A stretch of DNA of 64,000 nucleotides. Source: a plasmid. Under the pieces are notes generated by a model. That model searched no databases, was not told where the DNA came from, and was given only the letters and a program-made list of their open reading frames with translations. The position numbers and the translations under genes were made by a program. Of this stretch, positions 45,287-55,997 are shown in pieces; position 1 is the stretch's first letter, and every line of letters begins with the position of its first letter. The stretch is taken from the sequence record NZ_LR134445.1; one strand, given 5' to 3'.

Positions 45287-45727
45287 ATGGAGCGCGACCC
45301 GGCGATCGTGGAGCTCGACCGCTTCGTTCCGCGAGCCCCGGCAACGGTCTGGCGCGCCCTCACCGAGCCCGACATCGTGGAGCAGTGGCTGGTGCGGTCC
45401 GTCGGGCTCCGGCCCGCGGAGGGCACGACGTTCATCCTGGAGATCCCGTCGGACCCGCCGGGGGAGGTGTCCTGCGAAGTCATCAACGCCGTTCCCGCCG
45501 AGCGCTTCACGCACAGCTACACCGACCTCCGCGCCCCGCGTCCGGCGCGGTGGATCGTGGATTGGCGGCTGGTCCCGGAGGGCAAGGGCACCCGCGTCGT
45601 GATGACCATGTCGGGTTTCGACGCCGGCGACCGCAAGCAGATGTTCGCCCGCAACGCCGTGGAACGCGGCTACCGCAACACGCTGATCCCCAAGCTGGCC
45701 GACGCCGCCCTAGCGCTCGACGTCTGA
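45287..45727 (+). CDS. SRPBCC-family protein (polyketide-cyclase/AHSA1-like)
   Basis: 146 aa. WRALTEPDIVEQW motif and the Bet v1-like fold. Confidence 0.65.
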   Translation: MERDPAIVELDRFVPRAPATVWRALTEPDIVEQWLVRSVGLRPAEGTTFILEIPSDPPGEVSCEVINAVPAERFTHSYTDLRAPRPARWIVDWRLVPEGKGTRVVMTMSGFDAGDRKQMFARNAVERGYRNTLIPKLADAALALDV

Positions 45728-45788
45728 CCGACGCCCCGCGGATACAGGAACGGCCCGTGACCAACAGAGCTGGTCACGGGCCGTTCCG

Positions 45789-45877
45789 TGGCGGAGGATA
45801 GGGGATTTGAACCCCTGAGGGCTATTAACCCAACCCGCGTTCCAGGCGAGCGCCATAGGCCACTAGGCGAATCCTCC
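45789..45877 (-). tRNA. tRNA-Ser (anticodon GGA)
   Basis: Reverse complement reads GGAGGATTCGCCTAGTGGCCTATGGCGCTCGCCTGGAACGCGGG...GGGGTTCAAATCCCCTATCCTCCGCCA. Long variable arm. CCA is encoded. Confidence 0.8.
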
Positions 45878-45937
45878 GTGGACCACTGTAGACGAAGGCC
45901 CCCGTCGACCCAAACCAGCCCGGACCCGTATAGTGGT

Positions 45938-47354
<1,417 letters not shown>

Positions 47355-47382
47355 GGCGCGCCTGAGCAGGAGGATCGCGCCG

Positions 47383-48687
47383 GTGGCGGACGAGAACAGC
47401 CGGCGGTTCCCCCGGCAGTGGTGGGTGCTGGCCCTCTTCGCGGTGTCCGCGGGCGTGGCGGTGTGGCAGCAGTTCGTGCGGATCCCGTTCTCCACGCCGA
47501 TGTACGGGCTCTTCCACAACCAGATCGACGCCGAGGTCTACCGCAAGGGCGGGGAGATCGTCGCGCACGGGGGCGACGGGCTGTACGACGGTCCGCTGCT
47601 CAACGGCATCCTGCCCTTCACCTACACCCCGTTCGCGGGCGTGCTGTTCGTGCCGCTGAGCTGGATGTCGACCGACGTGCTGCGGTGGGTGTGGTCGATC
47701 GCGGTGCTGCTCGCGCTCCTCGCCTGCATCCTCATCGCCTTCCGGCTCGTCGGCTTCGTGCGCGACGGCCGCGTGTGGTTCGCGGCGATCTGCCTCACGC
47801 TGGTCGCGACGGTCCTCGAGCCCGTCCGCACGACCCTCTGGTTCGGCCAGATCAACGTCTTCCTGATGCTGCTCCTGCTGTGGGACCTCGGCCGCCCCGC
47901 GGGGTCGCGGTTCAAGGGCTTCAGCATCGGCATCGCCGCGGGCATCAAGCTCACCCCGCTCTTCTTCCTCGCCTACCTCGTCGTCACGCGGCAGTGGCGC
48001 GAGGCCCGCACGGCCCTCGCGACCCTGGCCGGCACCGTCGTGATCGGTTTCCTGGTGATCCCGCAGGAGTCGTGGCAGTACTGGTCGGGCACGTTCCTCG
48101 ACGCGAATCGCGTCGGCGAGCCCAACCAGGTCGGCAACCAGTCCATCAACGGCCTCATCGCCTTCCTGACCAACGCGGAGAAGCCGTCGACGGTCGTCTG
48201 GCTTGCGGTCGCCGTCCCGGCCGCGCTCGCGGGCCTCGCCATCGCGGCCTGGGCGTTCCGGCGCGGCGTGGTCCTGCTCGCGGTCACCGTCGTGGGGCTC
48301 ACGGCCTGCGCGGTCTCGCCCTTCTCGTGGGGCCACCACTGGGTGTGGATCGTGCCGCTCCTGGTCCTCCTCCTCGCCCTGGCGATGCTGACCGACGACC
48401 CGCGCCGGCGGGTGCTCGCGCTGCTCGCGGCGGCCGGTCTCGTTGCGGCGACCTTCATCTGGGTCACCTACTTCCCGACGCTGCAGCCCACCGGGGTCGA
48501 GGACGTCCACGACACGTACGCGATCGGCATCTTCCTGCGGCCGATGGACAACCCCGTGCTCAAGGCCCTCGCGGGCGGCGTCTACGTGTGGATCTTCGTC
48601 GCGACCCTGATCGGGTCGGCCTGGTACCTGCGGAGTACGGACGGGTCCGTGCCGGCGAGCGCGGAGCCGGCCGGCCGTGCAGCCTGA
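47383..48687 (+). CDS. glycosyltransferase family 87 (DUF2029) polyprenol-dependent mannosyltransferase-like membrane protein
   Basis: About 11 TM helices and the conserved GT87/PimE-like motifs IAAGIKLTPLFF and GQINVFLM. Confidence 0.7.
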   Translation: MADENSRRFPRQWWVLALFAVSAGVAVWQQFVRIPFSTPMYGLFHNQIDAEVYRKGGEIVAHGGDGLYDGPLLNGILPFTYTPFAGVLFVPLSWMSTDVLRWVWSIAVLLALLACILIAFRLVGFVRDGRVWFAAICLTLVATVLEPVRTTLWFGQINVFLMLLLLWDLGRPAGSRFKGFSIGIAAGIKLTPLFFLAYLVVTRQWREARTALATLAGTVVIGFLVIPQESWQYWSGTFLDANRVGEPNQVGNQSINGLIAFLTNAEKPSTVVWLAVAVPAALAGLAIAAWAFRRGVVLLAVTVVGLTACAVSPFSWGHHWVWIVPLLVLLLALAMLTDDPRRRVLALLAAAGLVAATFIWVTYFPTLQPTGVEDVHDTYAIGIFLRPMDNPVLKALAGGVYVWIFVATLIGSAWYLRSTDGSVPASAEPAGRAA

Positions 48688-49900
48688 CCGGGTCGACGAC
48701 GACCGCCGCCTCCTCGCCTACCTCGGCGCCGCGATGATCGCGGGCGGCCAGCCCGTGCACGAGGTCGAGGACGAGCTCAAGAGCGTCGCCACCGCCATGG
48801 GGCATCCACTGGCGCAGATCGGGGCCACGCCCACCGGGCTCACCCTGGGCCTCGAACCCGGTGCCGCCGCCACGTTCGAGTCCGTCGACGGGCCGATGCG
48901 GCTCGACCAGTCGGCCGTCGTCGCTGACGTCCGACGGGGCCTCGTCGCACGAACCCTCTCGGTCGACGAGGCCTTCGCCCGCCTCGGCACCCTGCGCTCG
49001 CTGCCGCACCACTACCCGCAGTGGGTGCAGGACGTGTCGTGGCCGGTCATCGCCATCGGCATCGCGATGCTGCTGCAGCCCGGGTGGCCCAACATCCTCG
49101 CGGCGGCCATCGGCGGCGTGGTGGTGATGCTGCTGGTCAAGCTCGCGGGCCGCGTGCGGCTCGCCGCGACGCTGCTGCCGACGATCGCCGCGTTCACGGT
49201 GGGCGCGGGGGTCTTCGCCGCCGCGCAGGCGGGGTGGCTCGACGGTCCGCTGCGCACCCTCCTCGCGCCGCTCGCGGTGCTCCTCCCGGGCGCGCTGATG
49301 GTGACCGGCATGTCGGAGCTCGCCGCGGGCGCGATGGTCGCGGGCAGCGCTCGCCTCACCTTCGGCACGGTGCAGCTGCTGATGTTCTCGCTCGGCATCC
49401 TCGCCGCGACGACGGCGCTGGGCGTCGGGCCGGAGCTGCTGGTCAACGAGCGCGTGAATCAGCTGGGCTGGTGGGGCCCGCCCGTGGGCCTCGCACTGAT
49501 CTGCGTGGGGGTGTGCCTCAACGAGGGCGCCTCGATGCGGTTGCTTCCGGCGATCGGCCTCGTGGTCGCGGCGGCGTTCGGCGCGCAGATCGCCGGGCAG
49601 CACGTCTCCGGCGCGGTGCTCGGCGGCTTCTTCGGCGCGATCGCGGGCAGCCTCGGCGCCTCGCTGGTGGCCTACCTGCGGCCGCAGTTGCCGCGCCTCG
49701 TGGTCTTCCTGCCGGCGTTCTGGGTGCTCGTGCCCGGCAGTCTCGGGCTGCTGTCGGTCACGTCGGTGGGGATCGACCCGGAGCAGGGCGCGCGCACCGT
49801 CGTGGACGTGGCCGCCGTGATCTGCGCGCTCGCGCTCGGCCTGCTGTTCGGTTCGGCGCTGGCGCAGGCGGTGATCGGTCGCGCGGAACGGGTTCGTTAG
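48677..49900 (+). CDS. threonine/serine exporter (ThrE) family protein
   Basis: Cytosolic N-terminal DUF1212-like part followed by a 10-TM DUF3815-like part. Overlaps the upstream gene by 11 nt. Confidence 0.7.
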   Translation: MQPDRVDDDRRLLAYLGAAMIAGGQPVHEVEDELKSVATAMGHPLAQIGATPTGLTLGLEPGAAATFESVDGPMRLDQSAVVADVRRGLVARTLSVDEAFARLGTLRSLPHHYPQWVQDVSWPVIAIGIAMLLQPGWPNILAAAIGGVVVMLLVKLAGRVRLAATLLPTIAAFTVGAGVFAAAQAGWLDGPLRTLLAPLAVLLPGALMVTGMSELAAGAMVAGSARLTFGTVQLLMFSLGILAATTALGVGPELLVNERVNQLGWWGPPVGLALICVGVCLNEGASMRLLPAIGLVVAAAFGAQIAGQHVSGAVLGGFFGAIAGSLGASLVAYLRPQLPRLVVFLPAFWVLVPGSLGLLSVTSVGIDPEQGARTVVDVAAVICALALGLLFGSALAQAVIGRAERVR

Positions 49901-49955
49901 CGACGATCACGGGAAGTTCACCCGCGCATCCATACATGTTCACATGCGCATGTTT

Positions 49956-51435
49956 CGCTGCAGCAATGACGAATCTCGGTAGGGGCAAGGCCCGGACGGC
50001 GCTGGCCGTCAGTGCGGTGGCGGTTCTCGGTGTGGTCGCCGCGTGCGGCAGCAACGACAGCGGTCCCGGCACGTCCGGCGACACCGCGGCGAAGGTGGAG
50101 ATCAACCGCCAGGCGGCCGGTGATATCACCACCCACGGCGGCGCCAAGCGGCTCGCCGGCGACCAGACGCAGGCGATCGCCGACTCGATCCAGCGCTCCA
50201 CGGCCAAGAACGTGATCCTCGTGATCGGCGACGGCACCGCCAACCAGGAGCTCACGCTGGCCCGCGACTACGAGTGGGGCGCGGGCGGGAAGATCCCCGG
50301 CATCGACGAGCTGCCGCTCTCGGGCGACTACACCACCTACGCGCTCGACAAGACCACCAAGAAGCCCGACTACACCACCGATTCCGCGGCCTCCGGCTCC
50401 GCCTGGGCCACCGGCACCAAGACCTACAACGGGGCCGTCGGCGTCGACGTGAACGGCAAGCCGCAGCGCTCGATCCTCGAGATCGCCAAGGCCAACGGCC
50501 GCAAGACGGGCAACGTCACCACCACCGAGCTGCAGGACGCCACCCCGGCCGTGCAGGTCGCGCACGTGTCCCAGCGCAAGTGCTACGGCCCCGTCGCCAC
50601 CAAGGAGAAGTGCAGCTCCGACGCGCTCGAGAACGGCGGACTCGGGTCCATCACCGAGCAGCTGATCGCGGCCCGCGCCGACGTCACCCTCGGCGGCGGC
50701 TGGAAGACCTTCCAGGAGACCGCGACCGCCGGTCAGTACAACGGCAAGACGCTCGAGGTGCAGGCCAAGGAACGCGGCTACCGGATCGTGCGGTCGGGCT
50801 CCGAGCTCGACGCCGTCTCCACCGCGAGTCAGGACGAGCCGGTGCTCGGCGTCTTCGCCGACGGCAACCTGCCGCGCGTGTGGGACAAGGCCACCGCCAC
50901 CAAGGAGGGCGGTAGGGAGCCGGCCGTCACCTGCGCGCCCAACCCCGCCTTCGGCGCCACCCCGAAGCTCGCGTCGATGACGAAGAAGGCCATCGACCTG
51001 CTCAAGGGCGACAAGGGCTTCTTCCTCCAGGTCGAGTCCGGCTCCGTCGACAAGGCCAACCACGACGCCGACCCCTGCGGCCAGATCGGCGAGACGGTGC
51101 AGCTGTCCGAGGCCGTCTCCGCGGCGCTCGACTTCGCCAAGCAGGACAAGGACACCCTCGTCATCGTGACGGGCGACCACGCCCACACCAGCCAGATCAT
51201 CGAGGCGGGCACCGTCACCCCCGGCCTCACCCGGACGCTGAACACCAAGGACGGCGGCGTGCTCACCGTCAACTACGGCACGTCGCTCGACCCGGGCGAG
51301 GAGCAGCACACCGGCGGCCAGGTCCGCATCGCCGCCTACGGTCCCGGCGCCGCCAACGTCGTGGGGCTGACGGACCAGACCGACCCGTTCTTCTACATCA
51401 CCGACGTGCTCGGCCTGGATCGCGAGAAGAAGTAG
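49956..51435 (+). CDS. alkaline phosphatase (PhoA family) lipoprotein
   Basis: Lipobox VVAACGS. Active-site [12 protein letters not shown] (nucleophilic Ser). Metal-site motifs [17 protein letters not shown] and [13 protein letters not shown]. Start not certain; an alternative is at 49926. Confidence 0.85.
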
Positions 51436-51551
51436 GCGGGTGGGGCCGTTCGGCCATCACGACGTGCTCGGCCTGGATCGCGACAAGAAGTAGGCGGGTG
51501 GGGCCGTTCGGCCATCACGACGTGCTCGGCCCGGATTGCGACAAGAAGTAG
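51396..51551. repeat. 58-bp direct tandem repeat (about 2.7 copies), MIRU-like, overlapping the phosphatase stop codon
   Basis: Unit GCGGGTGGGGCCGTTCGGCCATCACGACGTGCTCGGCCTGGATCGCGACAAGAAGTAG. Full copies at 51436-51493 and 51494-51551 differ by 2 nt. A partial copy forms the last 13 codons of the gene. Every copy ends in AAGAAGTAG. Confidence 0.75.
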
Positions 51552-51677
51552 CCCCTATCCGCGCCGCAGTGGCCCGGGCCGGTTCCGGGCCGCTGCTCTC
51601 GGCTTTCGCCCTTCTCCGCCGACGGTCCGCCCGCTACCGTGGGGTGCAGACGCAAACGTCGGAGGGGGAGGGCCCGC

Positions 51678-52259
51678 ATGTATCCGATCGCCGCACCGCC
51701 GGTGCCACGCATCTATCGCGCGCTCGCGCTGATCCAGGCGTTGATCGCCGCGCTCACCCTGGTGGGCCTCGTGATCTGGTGGATGGCGTCGTACTCGTCG
51801 ATGGGGGACGACTACGACGACGATCTCGGCTTCGGCGGGATGATGTTCATCCTGCTCGCGCCCACGCTGATCCAAGTGGCGCTCCTGTTCGTGCCGCTCA
51901 TCGGCCTCGCGGTCTTCGTGGCGCGCGGTTCCCTCCCGGCCCGCGTCGCCAGCTGCTGCATCTGGGGTGTGCTCATGCTGCTGGGTCTCGTCGCGGTGCA
52001 GGTGCACCCCGCCTACGTCCTGGTGCTGTTCGTCGCGCTGTGCATGCTGCTCGCGCTGTCGTTCGCCGACCGCCTCGGCGGCGCACGCCCGGCCGGACCG
52101 CCGGTGCCGGGACCGGGCGGGTTCGCGCCCCCGCCGCCTTACCCGACGGGGCAGTTCCCTGCGGTCCCGCCGCACCCGACCGGCCAGTTCCCTGTCGATC
52201 CGCCGCACCCGTCGGGCCAGTTCCCCGCGGTCCCGCCGCAGGAGGACACGCGGCTGTGA
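51678..52259 (+). CDS. hypothetical membrane protein with a C-terminal Pro-rich triple repeat
   Basis: Start MYPIAAPP. Four TM helices. C-terminus PPYPTGQFPAVPPHPTGQFPVDPPHPSGQFPAVPP carries three near-identical PPHPxGQFP units. Confidence 0.5.
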   Translation: MYPIAAPPVPRIYRALALIQALIAALTLVGLVIWWMASYSSMGDDYDDDLGFGGMMFILLAPTLIQVALLFVPLIGLAVFVARGSLPARVASCCIWGVLMLLGLVAVQVHPAYVLVLFVALCMLLALSFADRLGGARPAGPPVPGPGGFAPPPPYPTGQFPAVPPHPTGQFPVDPPHPSGQFPAVPPQEDTRL

Positions 52260-52336
52260 CGGGACCGTCCGGCGGGCGCGCGGACGGTGTCGGAGCGAGC
52301 TGCGCCGCTGTCGGACCCTGCCGGTAGCCTGGCACC

Positions 52337-54664
52337 GTGGCTCTCTACCGCAAGTACCGTCCAGCGACGTTCGCCGAGGTCGTGGGGCAGGAGCACGTCA
52401 CCGAGCCGCTGAGCACCGCGTTGGATTCCGGGCGGGTGAACCATGCCTACCTGTTCTCCGGCCCGCGCGGCTGCGGCAAGACGTCGTCGGCCCGCATCCT
52501 GGCCCGCTCGCTGAACTGCGAGCAGGGCCCCACCAGCACGCCGTGCGGCGTCTGCAACTCCTGCGTCGCGCTCGCCCCGGGCGGTCCGGGCAACCTCGAC
52601 GTCACCGAGATGGACGCTGCCAGCCACGGCGGCGTGGACGACGCACGTGAGCTGCGCGACCGCGCGTTCTACGCGCCCGCCGAGTCGCGCTACCGCGTCT
52701 TCATCGTCGACGAGGCGCACATGGTCACCCCGCAGGGCTTCAACGCGCTGCTGAAGATCGTCGAGGAGCCTCCGGAGCACCTCATCTTCATCTTCGCCAC
52801 CACGGAGCCGGAGAAGGTGCTCACCACCATCCGCTCCCGCACGCACCACTACCCGTTCCGGCTGCTCGCGCCGAACGTCATGCGGCCGCTGCTGGAGAAG
52901 ATCACGGGCGCCGAGCACGTCTCGGTCGAGCCGCAGGTGTACCCCCTGGTCATCCGCGCGGGCGGCGGTTCGCCGCGTGACTCGCTGTCGATCATGGACC
53001 AGCTCCTGGCCGGCGCCGGGCCCGAGGGCGTCACCTACCAGCGAGCCCTCGGGCTGCTCGGTGTCACCGACACCGCGCTCATCGACGCCGCCGTCGACGC
53101 GCTGGCCTCCGCGGACGGCGCGGCCCTGTTCGGCGCCGTCGAGCGGGTGATGGAGGCCGGGCACGACCCCCGCCGGTTCGCCACCGACCTGCTCGAACGC
53201 CTCCGCGACCTGATCCTCTTGCACACTGTCCCCGACGCCGCCGACCGCGGCCTCATCGACGTGCCGCAGGACGTGCTCGAGACCATGCGCGGGGAGGCCG
53301 CGAAGCTCGGCCTCGCCACCCTCACGCGCTGCGCCGAGGTCACGCACGCCTCGCTCGCCGAGATGCGCGGCGCCACCTCACCGCGCCTGCTGCTCGAGGT
53401 CATGTGCGCCCGCATGCTGCTCCCCGCCGCGGACGAGTCGCAGGCCGCACTGCTGCAGCGCATCGAGGCGCTGGAGCGCCGGCCCGCAGGTGCCCCCGTC
53501 GACGGTGCCGTCCCCGCCGCCGCGGCACCCGTCGCCGCGCCCGCAGCGCCCACGGGTGGCGGCGCTCCGCAGTCCGACGGTCCGCCGTCGCGTTTCGTCC
53601 GGCCCAGCCAGCGCCAGGCAGAGGCCGCCGCCGAGCCGGCCGCTGCGGCCGCTCCCGCCCCTCCGGCTCCGCCCGCGCCGACGCCGCAGCCGGTCGCTCC
53701 CGAGCCGGCGGCGCCCGCCGTCACCCCGCCCGTGCAGCCCGCCGCGGTCGCGGAACCCGCGTCGGAGGCCGTGGTCGCGGAGCCCGAACCGCGGGCCGCC
53801 CCGGCCGAGCCGGAGCCCGTCGCCCCGGCCGCCGAGCCGGCCGCCCCGGCCGAGCCGGAGCGCCCCATCGAATCGGAGCCGGTGCTCCACCGGCCCGAGC
53901 CGGACCCGGAACCCGTTGCGCCCCCGCGCCCGGCCGAGCCCGTCGCCCCGGCCCCTGCGGCCCCGGAGCGTGCCGCTGCGCCGGAGCCCGCGGCGCCCGC
54001 CGTCACCCCGCCCGTGCAGCCCGCCGCGGTCGCGGAACCCGCGGCCCCGGCGCCGTCCGGCCCCTCCGTGGAGGAGGTCCGCACGGCCTGGCCCAAGGTC
54101 CTCCGGGCGGTCAAGGACCGCAGCACGGTGACTTTCGCCCTCATGCCGAACGTGCAGGTGCTCGGCCTCGCCGGAGACGTTCTGCACCTCGCGCTGCCGA
54201 TCCCCGCCCTGCTCAGCCGGTTCAGCGATCAGCAGCATGTCGGCAACTTGCGGGACGCGGTCCGCGAGGTCTTCGGGACGCAGTGGAACGTCGAGGTCGG
54301 CGACGGCAGCGGCGCCCGCGCGCAAGGGGCGCCCGCCGCCGCGCCCGCGCAGCAGCAGCGCCCCGCCGCCGAGCCGAAGAAGGCGCCGCCCACGTTCGAG
54401 CGGCGCAGCCGTGCAGGCGATCAGCGGCCGGACCCGCGGCCGGCGGGCCGGGAGAACCGCGCACCGTCGCACCACGACGACATCCCGCTGCCGCCCGAGC
54501 CGGACCCCGAGCCGGCACCGGTCGAGGAGGTCTCCGAGGAGGAGATGATCGACGCGGCGCACCGCGAGGACGCCGTCTCCGGCGGCACCACCGCCCCGCG
54601 CCGCGACCCGGACGAGATCGCCCTCGAGCTCCTCAAGAACGAACTCGGCGCCCGCCCCATCTGA
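52337..54664 (+). CDS. dnaX: DNA polymerase III subunits gamma/tau
   Basis: MALYRKYRPATFAEVVGQEHV, Walker A GPRGCGKTS, clamp-loader boxes. Long Pro/Ala-rich tau linker with the internal repeats PEPAAPAVTPPVQPAAVAEPA. Confidence 0.95.
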   Translation: MALYRKYRPATFAEVVGQEHVTEPLSTALDSGRVNHAYLFSGPRGCGKTSSARILARSLNCEQGPTSTPCGVCNSCVALAPGGPGNLDVTEMDAASHGGVDDARELRDRAFYAPAESRYRVFIVDEAHMVTPQGFNALLKIVEEPPEHLIFIFATTEPEKVLTTIRSRTHHYPFRLLAPNVMRPLLEKITGAEHVSVEPQVYPLVIRAGGGSPRDSLSIMDQLLAGAGPEGVTYQRALGLLGVTDTALIDAAVDALASADGAALFGAVERVMEAGHDPRRFATDLLERLRDLILLHTVPDAADRGLIDVPQDVLETMRGEAAKLGLATLTRCAEVTHASLAEMRGATSPRLLLEVMCARMLLPAADESQAALLQRIEALERRPAGAPVDGAVPAAAAPVAAPAAPTGGGAPQSDGPPSRFVRPSQRQAEAAAEPAAAAAPAPPAPPAPTPQPVAPEPAAPAVTPPVQPAAVAEPASEAVVAEPEPRAAPAEPEPVAPAAEPAAPAEPERPIESEPVLHRPEPDPEPVAPPRPAEPVAPAPAAPERAAAPEPAAPAVTPPVQPAAVAEPAAPAPSGPSVEEVRTAWPKVLRAVKDRSTVTFALMPNVQVLGLAGDVLHLALPIPALLSRFSDQQHVGNLRDAVREVFGTQWNVEVGDGSGARAQGAPAAAPAQQQRPAAEPKKAPPTFERRSRAGDQRPDPRPAGRENRAPSHHDDIPLPPEPDPEPAPVEEVSEEEMIDAAHREDAVSGGTTAPRRDPDEIALELLKNELGARPI

Positions 54665-54694
54665 TCGGGGCGAGCGCCGGATTCGGGCGTTGTC

Positions 54695-55996
54695 CTAGGC
54701 GTCCCACCACGGGCGCAGCGGCAGGTCGCCGGCACCGCCCTTCTCGTCGAGCTTCACCGCGAGCACCTGGTGCAGCTGGACGACGTTGCGCTCGAAGCCG
54801 AGTCGCGAGCCGGCCATGTACAGGCCCCACACGCGGGCGGTGCCCAGGCCGACCTCCGCGACGGCCTCGTCCCAGTTCGCGACGAGGTTGCGGCACCAGG
54901 CGGCCAACGTGAGGGCGTAGTGCTCACGGAGGTTCTCCTCGTGCCGCACCTCCATCCCGCCGATGTCCTGGATCGCGGCGATCACCCGGCCGGAGCCGGT
55001 GAGCTCCCCGTCGGGGAAGACGTACCGGTCGATGAACTGGCCGCCCTTGCCCGACAGTTTGTTGTCATGCCGCGTGATCGTGTGGTTCAGCAGCAGCCCA
55101 CCGGTCTTCAGCTTCTCGCGCAGCGACGTGAAGTACGACGGATAGTTGTGCACGCCGATGTGCTCGGTGAGCCCGATCGAGCTGATCGCGTCGAAGTCGC
55201 CCTCGGGCACGTCGCGGTAGTCGCTGTAGCGGACCTCGGCGAACTCGCCCAGGCCCTCGGCCTCGATCGCGGCCTGCGCCCACTCCGCCTGCTCCTTGGA
55301 CAGCGTCGCGCCGATGACGTGCACGCCGCGGCGGGCCGCGAAGCGCACCATGCCGCCCCAGCCGCAGCCGACGTCCAGCAGCCGGTCGCCCGGCTTCAGG
55401 CGGAGCTTCTCGAAGACGAGGCGGTACTTGTTCTCCTGCGCCTCCTCCAGCGTCGCGTCGGCGTCCGGGTAGCACGCGCAGGTGTAGGTCATCGACGGGC
55501 CGAGCACCAGCTCGTAGAACCGGTTGGAGACGTCGTAGTGGTGGTGGATCGCGTCGGCGTCGCGGGCCTTGCTGTGCCGCAACCCCTCCGCGATGCGCCG
55601 CCAACGCGGGATCGCCTCCTGCGGCGGCGGGGCGATCGGGATCATGTGCTCGGCACCCACCGAGCGGGCGATCTGTGCGATGAGCCGTGGGCCCGGCTTG
55701 GCGAACTTCAGATCGTCGGACAGGGCCCGGAGCGCCTCGTACGGATCTCCCGGCGGCGCGCCGGTCAGTTCCAGGTCGCCGGCGATGTAGGCGCGGGCGA
55801 GGCCCATGTCGCCGGGTGCCGTGGCGAGGTAGGTCGTTCCGCGCGGGGTGAGCAGGTCGAGGCCGTAGGGCGCGTCGTCCGGTCCGGCCGACGAGCCGTC
55901 GTAGGCCTTCACCCGGATGGCGAGTTTCCCGCCCGCCACCTTCTCGATGATCTCGGCGAGGCTGAGCTTGGGGAGATGCTCAGTGGATCGCGTCAA
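54695..55996 (-). CDS. SAM-dependent methyltransferase of the cyclopropane-fatty-acyl-phospholipid synthase family (10-methylene-fatty-acid forming, BfaB/TmsB-like)
   Basis: SAM motif LLDVGCGWGG and the CFA-synthase C-terminal region. TTG start with GGAGG 7 nt upstream. The track's Ser/Thr-rich N-terminal extension has no RBS and is unlikely. Confidence 0.8.
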   Translation of the reverse strand: MTRSTEHLPKLSLAEIIEKVAGGKLAIRVKAYDGSSAGPDDAPYGLDLLTPRGTTYLATAPGDMGLARAYIAGDLELTGAPPGDPYEALRALSDDLKFAKPGPRLIAQIARSVGAEHMIPIAPPPQEAIPRWRRIAEGLRHSKARDADAIHHHYDVSNRFYELVLGPSMTYTCACYPDADATLEEAQENKYRLVFEKLRLKPGDRLLDVGCGWGGMVRFAARRGVHVIGATLSKEQAEWAQAAIEAEGLGEFAEVRYSDYRDVPEGDFDAISSIGLTEHIGVHNYPSYFTSLREKLKTGGLLLNHTITRHDNKLSGKGGQFIDRYVFPDGELTGSGRVIAAIQDIGGMEVRHEENLREHYALTLAAWCRNLVANWDEAVAEVGLGTARVWGLYMAGSRLGFERNVVQLHQVLAVKLDEKGGAGDLPLRPWWDA

Positions 55997-55997
55997 T

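Noticed and set aside
52260-52336. Expected position of ffs immediately upstream of dnaX
   Set aside because: Only 77 nt are available and there is no domain-IV motif. The SRP RNA signature was found instead at 45938-46032.
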